NCBI GenBank assembly: GCA_039630055.1
Contig: JBCNVN010000001.1
Span: 75,410 to 139,409 of the forward strand
DNA length: 64,000 bases
Source: Candidatus Caldarchaeales archaeon
GTDB taxonomy: Archaea > Thermoproteota > Nitrososphaeria_A > Caldarchaeales > Wolframiiraptoraceae
Reading direction: 5' to 3'
Both the position numbers and the translations under genes were made by a program. Shown here piece after piece: positions 1-9,971 of the stretch. Each line of letters opens with the position of its first letter. Position 1 is the stretch's first letter. A model generated the notes under the pieces. That model searched no databases, was not told the origin of the DNA, and saw nothing but the letters and a program-made list of their open reading frames with translations.

Positions 1-19
1 AGCTCAACATAAGAGAGAA

Positions 20-577
20 TTGATGAAGATTCTAAATGTCTCCCACCTGCTCATCATTGGCGAACTATCTCGAGAAATGGAAGATATCTGTAGTGAGAGC
101 TCAATAGTGGTGAGAAGACTGCCCCCACCAACCTTCGTAAGAAAGAGAAGCCCTGAAGCACGGAAGAAGTTGAGAGAGATGATGTATGAAAAGTTCTTGA
201 GAAAGTCTCTACTCAGGACAATCCCACTTTCCTGGATAGATGTAAGATATATATCAGGAGAAGGCGGAGTCCAGAAGATAACGTCGATCATCAATAGACT
301 TATTATGTTATTCTCTGAAGATAGGAAAATCATAATAGAGAATGGTCTAGATGAACTGGGTAAGGTGTATAAATCTGGGATACTTTCATACGTATACGAC
401 TTGGATTATAGATTTTCTGGAATAGGATTGGTAACCGCATTCGATCCTAGAAGAAATCTGATAAAAGTATACACTCCTTTCCGTTCTCAGATTAAAAAGA
501 TAGTTTTAACAAGTCTCATAGTCTCAGTAGATGGTTCCGAGCTCTATTCTACTCGCCCTCAATCTCTGGAGTCATGA
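20..577 (+). CDS. hypothetical protein (no recognisable motifs)
   Basis: 185-aa ORF from the supplied track. No motif recognised. Its 3' end overlaps the 3' end of the gins-like gene on the opposite strand. Confidence 0.25.
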   Translation: MMKILNVSHLLIIGELSREMEDICSESSIVVRRLPPPTFVRKRSPEARKKLREMMYEKFLRKSLLRTIPLSWIDVRYISGEGGVQKITSIINRLIMLFSEDRKIIIENGLDELGKVYKSGILSYVYDLDYRFSGIGLVTAFDPRRNLIKVYTPFRSQIKKIVLTSLIVSVDGSELYSTRPQSLES

Positions 578-1130
578 TAATCAACTTGTATGCTATGCCT
601 TTGACGATGAGAGTCTGAGCATTGGACTTGGGTAAGACAGCTATATCTCCCATTTTGAAGGGTCCATAAGTTCTCAAGTCTTCTCCAACTATCTGGGGAA
701 AATCCTGCTGGAAACAAACAACATCATAGTTCGACTCAATTATCTTCCACCTGTTGTATGCGGCGGCCATCATGATCGATTCTACATGTTTTTTATGGTC
801 ATTTAAGATTCTATGTAGAGATATATACGTGTTTTTCTCAAATCCGTACATGTTCTCAGGATAGGTTCCAGATTCAAGAGCTCTAAGGATCTTCCCTAAT
901 CTAATCTCAAATAAAGATTGGATTATCTTAGCGATAGAATCTATCTCAGCCTCTTTCAAGCTAGTGGATAGCATCTTCTTATCGGCAACTCTAAGATAAC
1001 CTCTAGTTTTAGAGAAATATTCTCTAAGCTTATCTTCGAATCCTTCCGGCAACTTGGCCAACTCTCTTGTAGAATTCTCTATCTTCCAATACTCGTAGAC
1101 GAGTTCATATAAAGATACCTCACTCGACAT
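549..1130 (-). CDS. GINS subunit-like protein (Gins15/Gins51 family candidate)
   Basis: 193-aa alpha-helical protein immediately downstream of, and co-directional with, priS. A gins15-priS operon is known in Sulfolobales. Assignment rests on size and position; no diagnostic motif was checked. Confidence 0.4.
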   Translation of the reverse strand: MSSEVSLYELVYEYWKIENSTRELAKLPEGFEDKLREYFSKTRGYLRVADKKMLSTSLKEAEIDSIAKIIQSLFEIRLGKILRALESGTYPENMYGFEKNTYISLHRILNDHKKHVESIMMAAAYNRWKIIESNYDVVCFQQDFPQIVGEDLRTYGPFKMGDIAVLPKSNAQTLIVKGIAYKLIIMTPEIEGE

Positions 1131-1179
1131 CTACAATAAGCTATGTAGAAGGCAGATAATAAAATTGATGTAAAAAGAT

Positions 1180-2430
1180 CTAGGAAGAATAGTCCGAAGA
1201 TCTTGAAATTGTCGCGGCACTCTTCGCCACTAGCAGTACGGCCGCTGGGAGGGGAAGAACCACTCTCGAGTTCTCGTATGGTCCAAATTCTCTACCATCT
1301 AAAGTAAACTTAGGAGCTTTTAAAACTAGTACTTCAACTTCTTCATCTCCATGAAATGGTACAGCATGAGAGAATGGGTCGAAGTTGTCAAGATCTTCTA
1401 AGTTGATCGTTTTTGCAAGTAGACCCGATTTACCATTAAGAGTATTCCCAAGTCTAATCAGTCTATGGATATCAGATGTAACTACAACGTCTATTTTTGC
1501 CGAGGCATGTGCGACAGCCGCCTTTCCCAAGATCTTAGCAAGACCACTTGGTAGAATATTCCATGAAGGAATCTCTCCCTCTTCTGAATACTTTTTCAAC
1601 AGTTCAGAATGCTTTCTAACTAGCCGAGGCTCACCCGATAGCTCACATAATTCTTCCAAATCAGCTCTCAATGCTAGAAAAATTGCTGATCTTGCTATTC
1701 TCTTCCTCCAACCTTTCTCTGTAACCTCAGGTCCACTTTCTCTCACCATCCTATCTCTTCTAAGATCTTCAACGAGATTAATCGAACTAAGAGATATTCC
1801 AGTTCCAGTTATGTAGTCTACTATCTCTTTCCTCTCCTGTTGGTCTAACTCGATTACATTTTCATCCATAACAATAGCATGGTAGCCTCTATTTCCCGAG
1901 AAAGACAGTCTAATCTTCTTGAATCCTAGGTCTTCCTCCAGGAAGTTCAAGAGCTTCTCCACTTCTAGTTTAGCTTCTTCTAGACAGATGTTGCAGATCC
2001 ACTCTACATCTATTAGTGGCCCATGGCATACATTGCATTCACCCATATTCTTGGGATAGGCTAAGAAGCATCTTGAACATACCTTGAAGTCATGGGTTTT
2101 TCCACATGACGTCCTGAGATGATCTGCATCGATATCGAATATTAGCTCTGCACCTATCCACCCCTTCTCCTCCATAGGTGCACTAGGATACTTATAGAAA
2201 GCGGCTGAATGATATATATGTAAAGGAACATTCTTTTTTAAGAATTCTCTAAGGTTTTTCGCAGACTCTACATGGATATGCCTTATCATCGTCTTTTCTT
2301 CGAAGGAGAAGTAGCCAAATTCTCTCTCATTAATCCTTTCTGGAATGAAGACGTCTTCAACATTCTCACGGTAATATCTTCTAAACACTGATTCTACGAA
2401 TCTTGAATCAGCTGAAGTAAGAAAGACCAT
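1180..2430 (-). CDS. priS: DNA primase small (catalytic) subunit PriS
   Basis: 416 aa. Catalytic acidic motif 'LIFDIDADH' typical of archaeo-eukaryotic primase. Zn-binding Cys cluster 'CSRCF...CNVCHG'. Confidence 0.85.
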   Translation of the reverse strand: MVFLTSADSRFVESVFRRYYRENVEDVFIPERINEREFGYFSFEEKTMIRHIHVESAKNLREFLKKNVPLHIYHSAAFYKYPSAPMEEKGWIGAELIFDIDADHLRTSCGKTHDFKVCSRCFLAYPKNMGECNVCHGPLIDVEWICNICLEEAKLEVEKLLNFLEEDLGFKKIRLSFSGNRGYHAIVMDENVIELDQQERKEIVDYITGTGISLSSINLVEDLRRDRMVRESGPEVTEKGWRKRIARSAIFLALRADLEELCELSGEPRLVRKHSELLKKYSEEGEIPSWNILPSGLAKILGKAAVAHASAKIDVVVTSDIHRLIRLGNTLNGKSGLLAKTINLEDLDNFDPFSHAVPFHGDEEVEVLVLKAPKFTLDGREFGPYENSRVVLPLPAAVLLVAKSAATISRSSDYSS

Positions 2431-2897
2431 CTCTACACTATGAAGATATCGATATCAAGTAAAACTTATTCTTTTGTAAGTTCCTTATACATGATATACC
2501 CTATTATTAGGAGAAGGGTAAGTAGGGATAGCCAGAATAGAGAGTTATAAAGTAAATCTATGAAGCTTTCCACCGTCATCTATACTTCAAGCCTCAACAC
2601 TTAAATGAACAGGTTTATTTTTAAGTTTATTCTCTTGAGCTCTTTGAAGATGGTGTTTGGCCAGACTCCGAATACGATATAGTTATTGAAGATGCTGCTG
2701 AGGCAATGTTTTTCTAATTAAGATTTCAAATCCTATTATGGGCGGTAGAAGATATATTCACTCTCTAGAAATGCTCTGAGCCCTTCTATATCGATACATC
2801 CGATCTTGTCACTTATTTATAATCTTACCACATTTCCAACCAACTAGCCAAATAGATTGAATTCTGCTATAAAGTGACCTGATCTACCAGTAGAAAG

Positions 2898-2907
2898 AAT
2901 TTTATGA
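2898..2907 (+). promoter_or_regulatory. putative TATA box for herA-like gene
   Basis: 'AATTTTATGA' about 28 nt upstream of the ATG at 2932, in the 500-bp divergent priS/herA intergenic region. Confidence 0.25.
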
Positions 2908-2931
2908 AGGTCTGATAAGAATAATCTTGAG

Positions 2932-4383
2932 ATGCCTATACCTATCGGTATTATAGGTAGTGGTGCAACTGAATCTAATGCAGTAGTCATACTTTATGAA
3001 GAGATGGAGAAGAAGGTTGAGAATGAGAGCCTAGTCATAATAAAGAACAAGAATGGTGGAAGGGTTTTAGCGGTTTGTAGAGGTGGTAAGGGGATGAATG
3101 ATAGTTTAAGGGCAGGAGCATTTACTCCAGGATTAGCATATGCAAAAAGTAGGAGGGTACCTAGCAGCGTGAAAGAATACTTTTTATTCAACCTTCAAGT
3201 CATCGGAGAGATCACCGATGAAGGAACAATCTCTCAGAACAGGATGATAATTGCTCCAACATCTCAAGTTGAGATGTTTGATGAAGATGATAACCCTATG
3301 CGATATCTTGGAAAGAGCGAGTTGACGATAGGACATTATTGGGGGAAGCCCGGCTGGAAAGTTCCCGCCCTAAAGGAATACGTAAACTATCATATAGGGG
3401 TCTTCGGCGTAACAGGCTCAGGCAAAAGCTATCTAACAAGATATGAGATAATACCGCTACTTAGAAGAGCTGGATATGATGTAATAATAATGGATTGGAA
3501 GGGTAGCGATTACTCACCATACTTTGAGTCAACCATAACCCTTGACAAGATAAAAATAGACAATCAGACTGTCGTAAAATATTTCGGATCTATAACGAGA
3601 AATTTTGGATACTATGAGAGAGAAGAGAACCCTGTAGCCGCTGCGGTCGAGACAGCTTTAAGACAAGTAGATTGGAGAGGGAAGGATCCGTATACGAGTC
3701 GAAACCAAGTATATCAGAGAGCTAGAGCGATACTTATGTCGACTCCCGGTGTGAGAGAAGATACTAGAAACTTACAGTTAAACAGGCTTGATGCATCGTT
3801 TGAGCAGATAACAGAAGAAGAGTTTGAGAGATTTCTAGGGATTGTTGAGCCTTGGGAGATAGTTGGTATGGTGAGAGAGAAGGGTATAATAGTAATAGAT
3901 ATGAGTAGAGGGATGAAAGAACAGAAGCTTGCAGTTTTTACAGCTGTATCAAAACATTTGAAGAAGCTTATGGAGAGAAAACAAGTACTGAATATTGCTT
4001 TAGTGATAGATGAGGGTCCTCAATATGCTCCATGGCAGCCTAGAGGCATGGAGAGAGATACAACCGACATCATCATAGATTTATGCGCACTTGGAAGAAG
4101 CTATGGACTATCTATAGTTATACTATCTCAAGGAATGGCTGGAGAGATAGGTTTAAACTCTGCAGTAAGAAGGAATCTGAATACACAGTTCATAGGAAGG
4201 ATACATCCATTGGATATTGAAGAAGCACAGAAGCTTGCAGCCTCATATTACATCTCACCTGAAACCCTTTTAACATTACCTGAAGGACACTTCTACTTCT
4301 TAGGAAGGATGAATCCATCTCCAATACCAATACTGATCAGCTTCCAGATAAGTTCCAAAGAAAAGAATCCAGCTGAAATATGA
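2932..4383 (+). CDS. herA: HerA-like (DUF87/FtsK-HerA superfamily) hexameric ATPase
   Basis: 483 aa. N-terminal beta-rich (HAS-barrel-like) region, Walker A 'GVFGVTGSGKSY' and Walker B-like 'LVIDEGPQY'. Size matches archaeal HerA. Confidence 0.65.
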   Translation: MPIPIGIIGSGATESNAVVILYEEMEKKVENESLVIIKNKNGGRVLAVCRGGKGMNDSLRAGAFTPGLAYAKSRRVPSSVKEYFLFNLQVIGEITDEGTISQNRMIIAPTSQVEMFDEDDNPMRYLGKSELTIGHYWGKPGWKVPALKEYVNYHIGVFGVTGSGKSYLTRYEIIPLLRRAGYDVIIMDWKGSDYSPYFESTITLDKIKIDNQTVVKYFGSITRNFGYYEREENPVAAAVETALRQVDWRGKDPYTSRNQVYQRARAILMSTPGVREDTRNLQLNRLDASFEQITEEEFERFLGIVEPWEIVGMVREKGIIVIDMSRGMKEQKLAVFTAVSKHLKKLMERKQVLNIALVIDEGPQYAPWQPRGMERDTTDIIIDLCALGRSYGLSIVILSQGMAGEIGLNSAVRRNLNTQFIGRIHPLDIEEAQKLAASYYISPETLLTLPEGHFYFLGRMNPSPIPILISFQISSKEKNPAEI

Positions 4384-4560
4384 ATCATCATCCTAATCTA
4401 TAAAATTTTATAGATTAGGTATCTTGGTCGAATATGGAGAGATTTGAATAAGATATATGAAACATTTATTGATAAGAAGATATTTTCAAGATGGAAAGCG
4501 TGAATCTGATTTTGATTGACATGCATACTTAAATGAGGGCATATCCACGATATCTTCGGG

Positions 4561-5853
4561 TTGGTAGAGATATTCGAGGAGGAGAAACGTTCATCACTTA
4601 GCAGGCTTCCACCTAAACTTCAAGAAGACTTCTTCGAGTATGCCGCAGAAGCAGCTAATAAGACTATCAGAGAGGTTATCTTAGAGAGAGATAGAATACT
4701 TAAGATTAAGAGCATGTTTAAGTTTAGAGATATCGCCGAGATCTTGGGGAAAGACCTTAGGGTAGCAGCTGTAGACGGCTCATCATCACCCGCATTTAGT
4801 GACAGGCTAGGCTATAGGATAGGAGTGTACGCTGCATGTTACATGGTTTTCGATGGTGGAGAGATAATCTCGGATAAAGATGGTGAGAACATGGAGTGTG
4901 GATACATAATGGTCAACCAGGTGGGCAGCATCTTACAGACTAAGAAGATCTTATCACTTTTAATGACGGCCAAGGAGAGGGAGATGGCATTGAGATGTCT
5001 GGAAAAGTATAATGTAGATCTACTGCTAGTAGATGGATCTTTCTATGGTTTTAGAACGAGATGTAGTGAGGTTAAGAAGATTAGTCTTACGGATATGGGG
5101 TTGAAAGGCTACAGGACAGGATGGGACCTGATAAGACATGTATTAGAGCTTACAAGAGAACTCATCAAGACCGGTAAGGCTGTCGGGGTAATAAAGAGGC
5201 TGAGAACTTGTGCTATAGATGGATGGCTATTATCTAGAAGATGGAGGTTGGAGGATATGTTAAATAGGAATGATAGGTCTGTTCTATGCACGCTTCTACC
5301 TTATAGGAAATACTTTGACTATAGAGACTTAATAGGAGATAAATGGAGTTATCTACATTATAATAGTCTAGTTACATGGTATAGTGAAATGATAAGTAGA
5401 AGAAAGATAAAAGTAGACAGTGGTTTAAAAGATAATCTCTCAGAGGCAATGGAGTATGTTGAAAAGAAGCTGAAGACACAGATTAGGACAGACCTATCTC
5501 CACCCGATCTAGATAGTAATACATCCGATAGGCTCGGTAAAGAACTGCTTGAAGAGATAACTAGTCGACCTAGACTATATGCTAGGTTATCTCAGTATGC
5601 TGCACCCATCTGTCTAGAATTAGGGGAAGGATTAGATGTTGATACTGTTTTAGCCTATGCTCTTACCTCTGCTAACAAGGTGACTGGAATACCCTTCCCT
5701 ATAGATCTAGTCGATGAAATGATATCTATCGAGAAGGATACAGCGAGAGAGTTTGCAGAAGAGATTGAAGCAAGATTACTGCTAGATCCAAGAATATCTT
5801 CAGAAGAAGTTGAAGCTAGACTGGAGCCTTTGAACCCTCAGAAGGAAGGTTAG
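4561..5853 (+). CDS. nurA: NurA-family 5'-3' nuclease
   Basis: 430 aa. N-terminal 'RVAAVDGSS' (catalytic Asp of the NurA RNase H-like fold) and 'LLLVDGSFYG' motif. Lies directly downstream of the herA-like gene. Confidence 0.6.
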   Translation: MVEIFEEEKRSSLSRLPPKLQEDFFEYAAEAANKTIREVILERDRILKIKSMFKFRDIAEILGKDLRVAAVDGSSSPAFSDRLGYRIGVYAACYMVFDGGEIISDKDGENMECGYIMVNQVGSILQTKKILSLLMTAKEREMALRCLEKYNVDLLLVDGSFYGFRTRCSEVKKISLTDMGLKGYRTGWDLIRHVLELTRELIKTGKAVGVIKRLRTCAIDGWLLSRRWRLEDMLNRNDRSVLCTLLPYRKYFDYRDLIGDKWSYLHYNSLVTWYSEMISRRKIKVDSGLKDNLSEAMEYVEKKLKTQIRTDLSPPDLDSNTSDRLGKELLEEITSRPRLYARLSQYAAPICLELGEGLDVDTVLAYALTSANKVTGIPFPIDLVDEMISIEKDTAREFAEEIEARLLLDPRISSEEVEARLEPLNPQKEG

Positions 5854-6008
5854 ATTACTCCAATAGAATTCCATATTTTGAAACTAGTTAGATCTCCTCT
5901 AAGAGGGATTAGAATCATCATAAAGAGTAGTATGAATGTTTTACCACACATCCATCGAGACGTAAAAAGATATATCATGCTACTAGCTATCTTCTAGCTA
6001 GAGTTAAT

Positions 6009-6848
6009 ATGCTATTAGGAGCACACGTCTCCATATCTGGAACGATCGATAAGGCTGTAGAAAGAGCCCACGAGTTAAAATGTACTACATTCCAGATATT
6101 TACTAGAAATCCTAGAGGATGGAAAGCGAAGAAGTTACAAGATGAAGAGATTGAAGAATTTAAGAGAAAGATGAAAGAATATAACTACTCTATGGCGGTC
6201 TCACATATGCCATATCTTCCAAACATCTCATCACCTCTCCAACAGACATACAAGAAATCTCTATCTTCTCTCATAGAAGAATTGGAGAGAACAGGTGAAC
6301 TTGGGCTCAAGTATCTGGTCGTTCATATCGGCAGCCATCTGGGGAAAGGTCTCGATTCAGGTATTAGGAAGGCGGCTGAATCCGTCAATATAGCTCTGGG
6401 TAAAGTAGATAATGATGTGATGGTACTATTAGAGAATATGGCTGGACAGAAGAATAGTGTAGGATCCAGATTTGAAGATATAAAGAGAATACTCAACTTG
6501 ATAGAATATCCAGACAGGGTTGGAGTATGCATCGATACATGTCACGCATATGCTGCTGGATACGATTTAAGGACTAGAGAAGCTATAGAGAATACTCTGA
6601 GAGATTTCGATGAGATAATAGGTTTAGAACTATTGAAGGTATTGCATATAAATGATTCTAAAGGAGATCTTGGAAGCCATCTAGATAGACATGAACATAT
6701 AGGTTTGGGAAAGATTGGAGAACAAGGTTTTAGAGAACTCTTCCACAACAAGCATATTAGAGAACTTCCACTGATCCTTGAGACACCCGTAGACTCTAGA
6801 GGAAATTTTGCATCAAACCTTGCTAAATGTAGAGAACTCTATCTATAA
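6009..6848 (+). CDS. nfo: endonuclease IV (AP endonuclease family 2)
   Basis: 279 aa. 'LLGAHVSISG' N-terminus, 'LVVHIGSH', 'LENMAG' and 'CIDTCHAYAAGYD' metal-binding motifs of the Nfo/xylose-isomerase-like TIM barrel. Confidence 0.85.
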   Translation: MLLGAHVSISGTIDKAVERAHELKCTTFQIFTRNPRGWKAKKLQDEEIEEFKRKMKEYNYSMAVSHMPYLPNISSPLQQTYKKSLSSLIEELERTGELGLKYLVVHIGSHLGKGLDSGIRKAAESVNIALGKVDNDVMVLLENMAGQKNSVGSRFEDIKRILNLIEYPDRVGVCIDTCHAYAAGYDLRTREAIENTLRDFDEIIGLELLKVLHINDSKGDLGSHLDRHEHIGLGKIGEQGFRELFHNKHIRELPLILETPVDSRGNFASNLAKCRELYL

Positions 6849-6862
6849 TCGATGTGTAAGAG

Positions 6863-7297
6863 ATGAAGAATCCTAACAAATTATTTATCAAGATATGGAA
6901 GAAGCTTTTCTCACCAGAGTTCTTAAAGTTTAATATAGTTGGAGGGGTCGGGATAGCTGTAAATATGTTCTCATATGTACTGCTGAACGATCTTCTACAC
7001 ATACACTACATGCTCTCTGGAGCCTTATCGACAGAGATCGCAATAATCAATAATTTTGTATTGAATGATTTATGGACTTTCAGAAATAGGAATAAAAGGA
7101 TGAATCTTTGGGTTAGAGCCGGGTTATTCCATGCTTCACGTCTTATCGGTATGTTTGCAACCCTCAGCATATTCTTCATATTAGTAGATATATTTAAAAT
7201 GAATGATGTCTTAGCATACTTTTTCGCTATAGGAGTAGGAGTATTGGTAAATTTTTACACTAGTGATGTTTATGTATGGTCAGAGCGGAAACTTTAG
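6863..7297 (+). CDS. GtrA-family small membrane protein
   Basis: 144 aa with four predicted TM segments. 'FNIVGGVGIAVNM...NNFVLNDLWTFRNR' is typical of the GtrA family. Confidence 0.55.
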   Translation: MKNPNKLFIKIWKKLFSPEFLKFNIVGGVGIAVNMFSYVLLNDLLHIHYMLSGALSTEIAIINNFVLNDLWTFRNRNKRMNLWVRAGLFHASRLIGMFATLSIFFILVDIFKMNDVLAYFFAIGVGVLVNFYTSDVYVWSERKL

Positions 7298-7865
7298 AAG
7301 GTAGATGTACCTTCTCGATAGAAACGCTCAAAGTAGCCATTACTCCAAGCTTATCTAACGTTAACGCTATGATATAGCCTATTACCGAGCCTGGTATTGA
7401 GCTAGCAGCCCAACCAGCCCAGAAGACTGGTAGAAGATTTAGGACGCCCTCCCTCTCCATCAATCCAAGAAGTCTTACATCTCCTATCAATGGAGCTAAG
7501 ATTAGTAATGAGAAGGTTCCACCTATCAAGACCGTTCCAACAGGTTCTAAGAATGCTGCAGAATATTTTACAAATCTATTTCTCGACTTTCTCGTAAAGA
7601 GATATCCAAGTCCCACGAGTATTCCACCCGGTATCCCTCCTGGAAAAGCGTATAGCGTTCCTATCCCTAGCATATTTCTTATAGAGCCGATGAATATTGC
7701 TGCCATGGCAGCCCACCATGGCCCGATAGTTATACCGCTCATCACATTTATAAAATGCTGTGTTGGATAAGCTTTAGTCGTAATAAATTGGAACCAGAAG
7801 AATGGTGCTAATGAGACGCCGAGAGCTGTGAAGACAGCTAATAAAGCAATCTTCTTAGTCTGCAC
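7260..7865 (-). CDS. ECF-transporter S-component-like membrane protein (ThiW/BioY-type candidate)
   Basis: 201-aa polytopic membrane protein rich in Gly and aromatics. Resembles vitamin-specific ECF S components. Several thiamine-pathway genes are nearby. Confidence 0.3.
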   Translation of the reverse strand: MQTKKIALLAVFTALGVSLAPFFWFQFITTKAYPTQHFINVMSGITIGPWWAAMAAIFIGSIRNMLGIGTLYAFPGGIPGGILVGLGYLFTRKSRNRFVKYSAAFLEPVGTVLIGGTFSLLILAPLIGDVRLLGLMEREGVLNLLPVFWAGWAASSIPGSVIGYIIALTLDKLGVMATLSVSIEKVHLPSKVSALTIHKHH

Positions 7866-8078
7866 TTAAACCACTAATTCTATTCTAACTCTTAAAGATC
7901 TTTATAAATGATAGTATAAGCATCTTATATTTCTATTAAAAGTATGTTAAGAAAATGGGAGACTATAGTTCGTGATAATTGAAGATTCTAAGATACATCA
8001 TCCATGCTAGAGTACCGATGAAATCTTCGATACACATCGCAATATTCTTACATTGGTGAAAGAATTATTATTGATGGT

Positions 8079-9404
8079 ATGGCTAAGAAGAAAGTAATAA
8101 TCATGGGTGCAGCTGGGAGAGATTTCCATAACTTCAACATGTATTTTAAGGATAATCAAGATTATGAGGTCATCGCATTCACATTCTCCCAGATACCTGG
8201 GCTGAGTTATAGATCTTATCCACCTGAGCTGGCTGGTCCAAACTATCCTGAAGGCATACCCATATACCCTGAAGAAATGTTGGTAGAATTGATCAAAAAA
8301 TACAATATTGATCTAGTGGTCTTATCATATAGCGATCTAACCCATGAAGATGTTATGCATAAAGCTTCTCAAGTAATAGCTGCAGGAGCAGATTTCATGC
8401 TTCTAGGTCCGAAGAATACTATGCTAGAGCCCACCCTACCAACCATCGCGGTTACGGCCGTCCGAACTGGTGCTGGAAAAAGCACGGTTGTAAGAAAGAT
8501 CGCCTCTATATTGAAGAAGTGGAATATTAGATTTAACATAGTTAGACATCCGATGCCTTATAGTAGGATACTCAGACATCGTGTACAGAGATTTAGCTCG
8601 TTTGAAGACTTAGATAGATACGAGTGTACAATAGAAGAGAGAGAAGAGTATGAACCTCACCTAGAGATGGGAAATACAGTTTATGCAGGGGTAGATTATA
8701 GAGAAGTTTTAAGAGAAGCCTCGATAGGTGTAGACGTCCTGGTCTGGGATGGTGGAAATAACGACTTCCCATTCTTTAGACCTTCTTTAATGATATCGGT
8801 TGCAGATGCTCTTAGACCAGGTCAGGAAGTCTCAGCATATCCAGGAGAAGTAAATATTAGAATGGCCGACGTAGTAGTAATAAATAAAGTGAATGCAGCA
8901 GATCCAGACAGCGTTAAGACTATAGAAGAAAATATAATGAGATTGAATGAGAGAGCGATAATCATAAAAGCATCCTCGAGGCTCTATGTTCCAGATCCTA
9001 AAATTATTGAAGGGAGAAGGGTTCTTGTAGTAGAAGATGGTCCAACCGTTACCCATGGGGGGATGAGCTATTCTATCGGAATGCTCGCCGCCAAAATGTA
9101 TGGTGCTAGAGAAATAATAGATCCGAGAGATTATGCGGTCGGATCAATTAAGGAGGTTTATAGTATATACACTCATATCGGCCCCGTCCTTCCAGCTCTA
9201 GGATATAGTAGAGAACAGATAGAAGAACTCCGAGAGACTATTAGAAGAATCGATTGTGATCTTATCATCCTTGGAACACCGATAAATCTGGGAAGATTAA
9301 TGAATCTTGATAAACCATGTTTGAAAGTAAGATATGAGCTTGAAGAGATATCTAAGCCAGACCTTGAAGATGTATTAAAGAATTCTGGAATATTGAGGGG
9401 TTGA
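8079..9404 (+). CDS. P-loop protein of the cyclic 2,3-diphosphoglycerate synthetase-like (COG2403) family
   Basis: 441 aa. N-terminal Rossmann-like 'KVIIMGAAGRDFHN' and central P-loop 'AVRTGAGKST'. Domain order resembles archaeal cDPG synthetase. Assigned from memory of the family, not from a search. Confidence 0.35.
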   Translation: MAKKKVIIMGAAGRDFHNFNMYFKDNQDYEVIAFTFSQIPGLSYRSYPPELAGPNYPEGIPIYPEEMLVELIKKYNIDLVVLSYSDLTHEDVMHKASQVIAAGADFMLLGPKNTMLEPTLPTIAVTAVRTGAGKSTVVRKIASILKKWNIRFNIVRHPMPYSRILRHRVQRFSSFEDLDRYECTIEEREEYEPHLEMGNTVYAGVDYREVLREASIGVDVLVWDGGNNDFPFFRPSLMISVADALRPGQEVSAYPGEVNIRMADVVVINKVNAADPDSVKTIEENIMRLNERAIIIKASSRLYVPDPKIIEGRRVLVVEDGPTVTHGGMSYSIGMLAAKMYGAREIIDPRDYAVGSIKEVYSIYTHIGPVLPALGYSREQIEELRETIRRIDCDLIILGTPINLGRLMNLDKPCLKVRYELEEISKPDLEDVLKNSGILRG

Positions 9405-9411
9405 AGGATGG

Positions 9412-9951
9412 TTGAGAGAATTCCTAGATAAGAAGACGCTTTTATCTGGAGAAGCTGGGTCAGGAAAGACAAAATTTATAGTAAACTTTCTCAAATTCCT
9501 AGTAGATAATGGTTATGGAAAGGATACTACTGTTATCGATATGGCCCCCTCAAAGATCTATGGGATTGGAGGTTCTATGAGAGAATATACGGACATAGTC
9601 TCGAATACAAGATATCTTAAACCAGAGAATATATGGCCCCCTAGACTACTGGGTAAAGATAGGCTAGAAGTCTTAAAATACTCTGAAGAGAATATGAAAA
9701 GCCTCACCCCTCTTATAGATGAATATCTATCTAATCCAACCAGTATACTTCTTGTAAACGATTTAACCATCTACCTCCATGCAGGAGATATCGAGAAGAT
9801 CTTAAAACTAATAGATGTTCCAAAAACTTTTATGGCTACTGCATACGAGGGGGTTAGATTAGAAGATGATAAAGGTTCAGGGATAACAGAGAGGGAGAGA
9901 AGACTCCTCAACATATTAAAGAAGAAAATGGATAATGTTTTAAAATTCTAA
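9412..9951 (+). CDS. small P-loop NTPase, function unknown
   Basis: 179 aa starting at TTG. Walker A 'GEAGSGKT'. Stop-start junction with the upstream gene suggests co-transcription. Confidence 0.3.
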   Translation: MREFLDKKTLLSGEAGSGKTKFIVNFLKFLVDNGYGKDTTVIDMAPSKIYGIGGSMREYTDIVSNTRYLKPENIWPPRLLGKDRLEVLKYSEENMKSLTPLIDEYLSNPTSILLVNDLTIYLHAGDIEKILKLIDVPKTFMATAYEGVRLEDDKGSGITERERRLLNILKKKMDNVLKF

Positions 9952-9971
9952 ACCAGCAATATAAGATATTA

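Noticed and set aside
1385-1816. 143-aa ORF on the plus strand inside priS
   Set aside because: It is entirely antisense to the well-supported priS gene. Its composition is Ser/Leu/Pro-rich and typical of a shadow ORF.
2570-2690. Small hydrophobic ORF (about 38 aa) on the minus strand in the priS/herA intergenic region
   Set aside because: It is below any reasonable length threshold and has no conservation evidence. It is probably a chance ORF in AT-rich DNA.
5854-5925. Possible C/D-box sRNA on the minus strand (AUGAUGA at about 5917-5923)
   Set aside because: There is a C-box-like heptamer but no D box (CUGA) or D' box at appropriate spacing. It cannot be supported from sequence alone.
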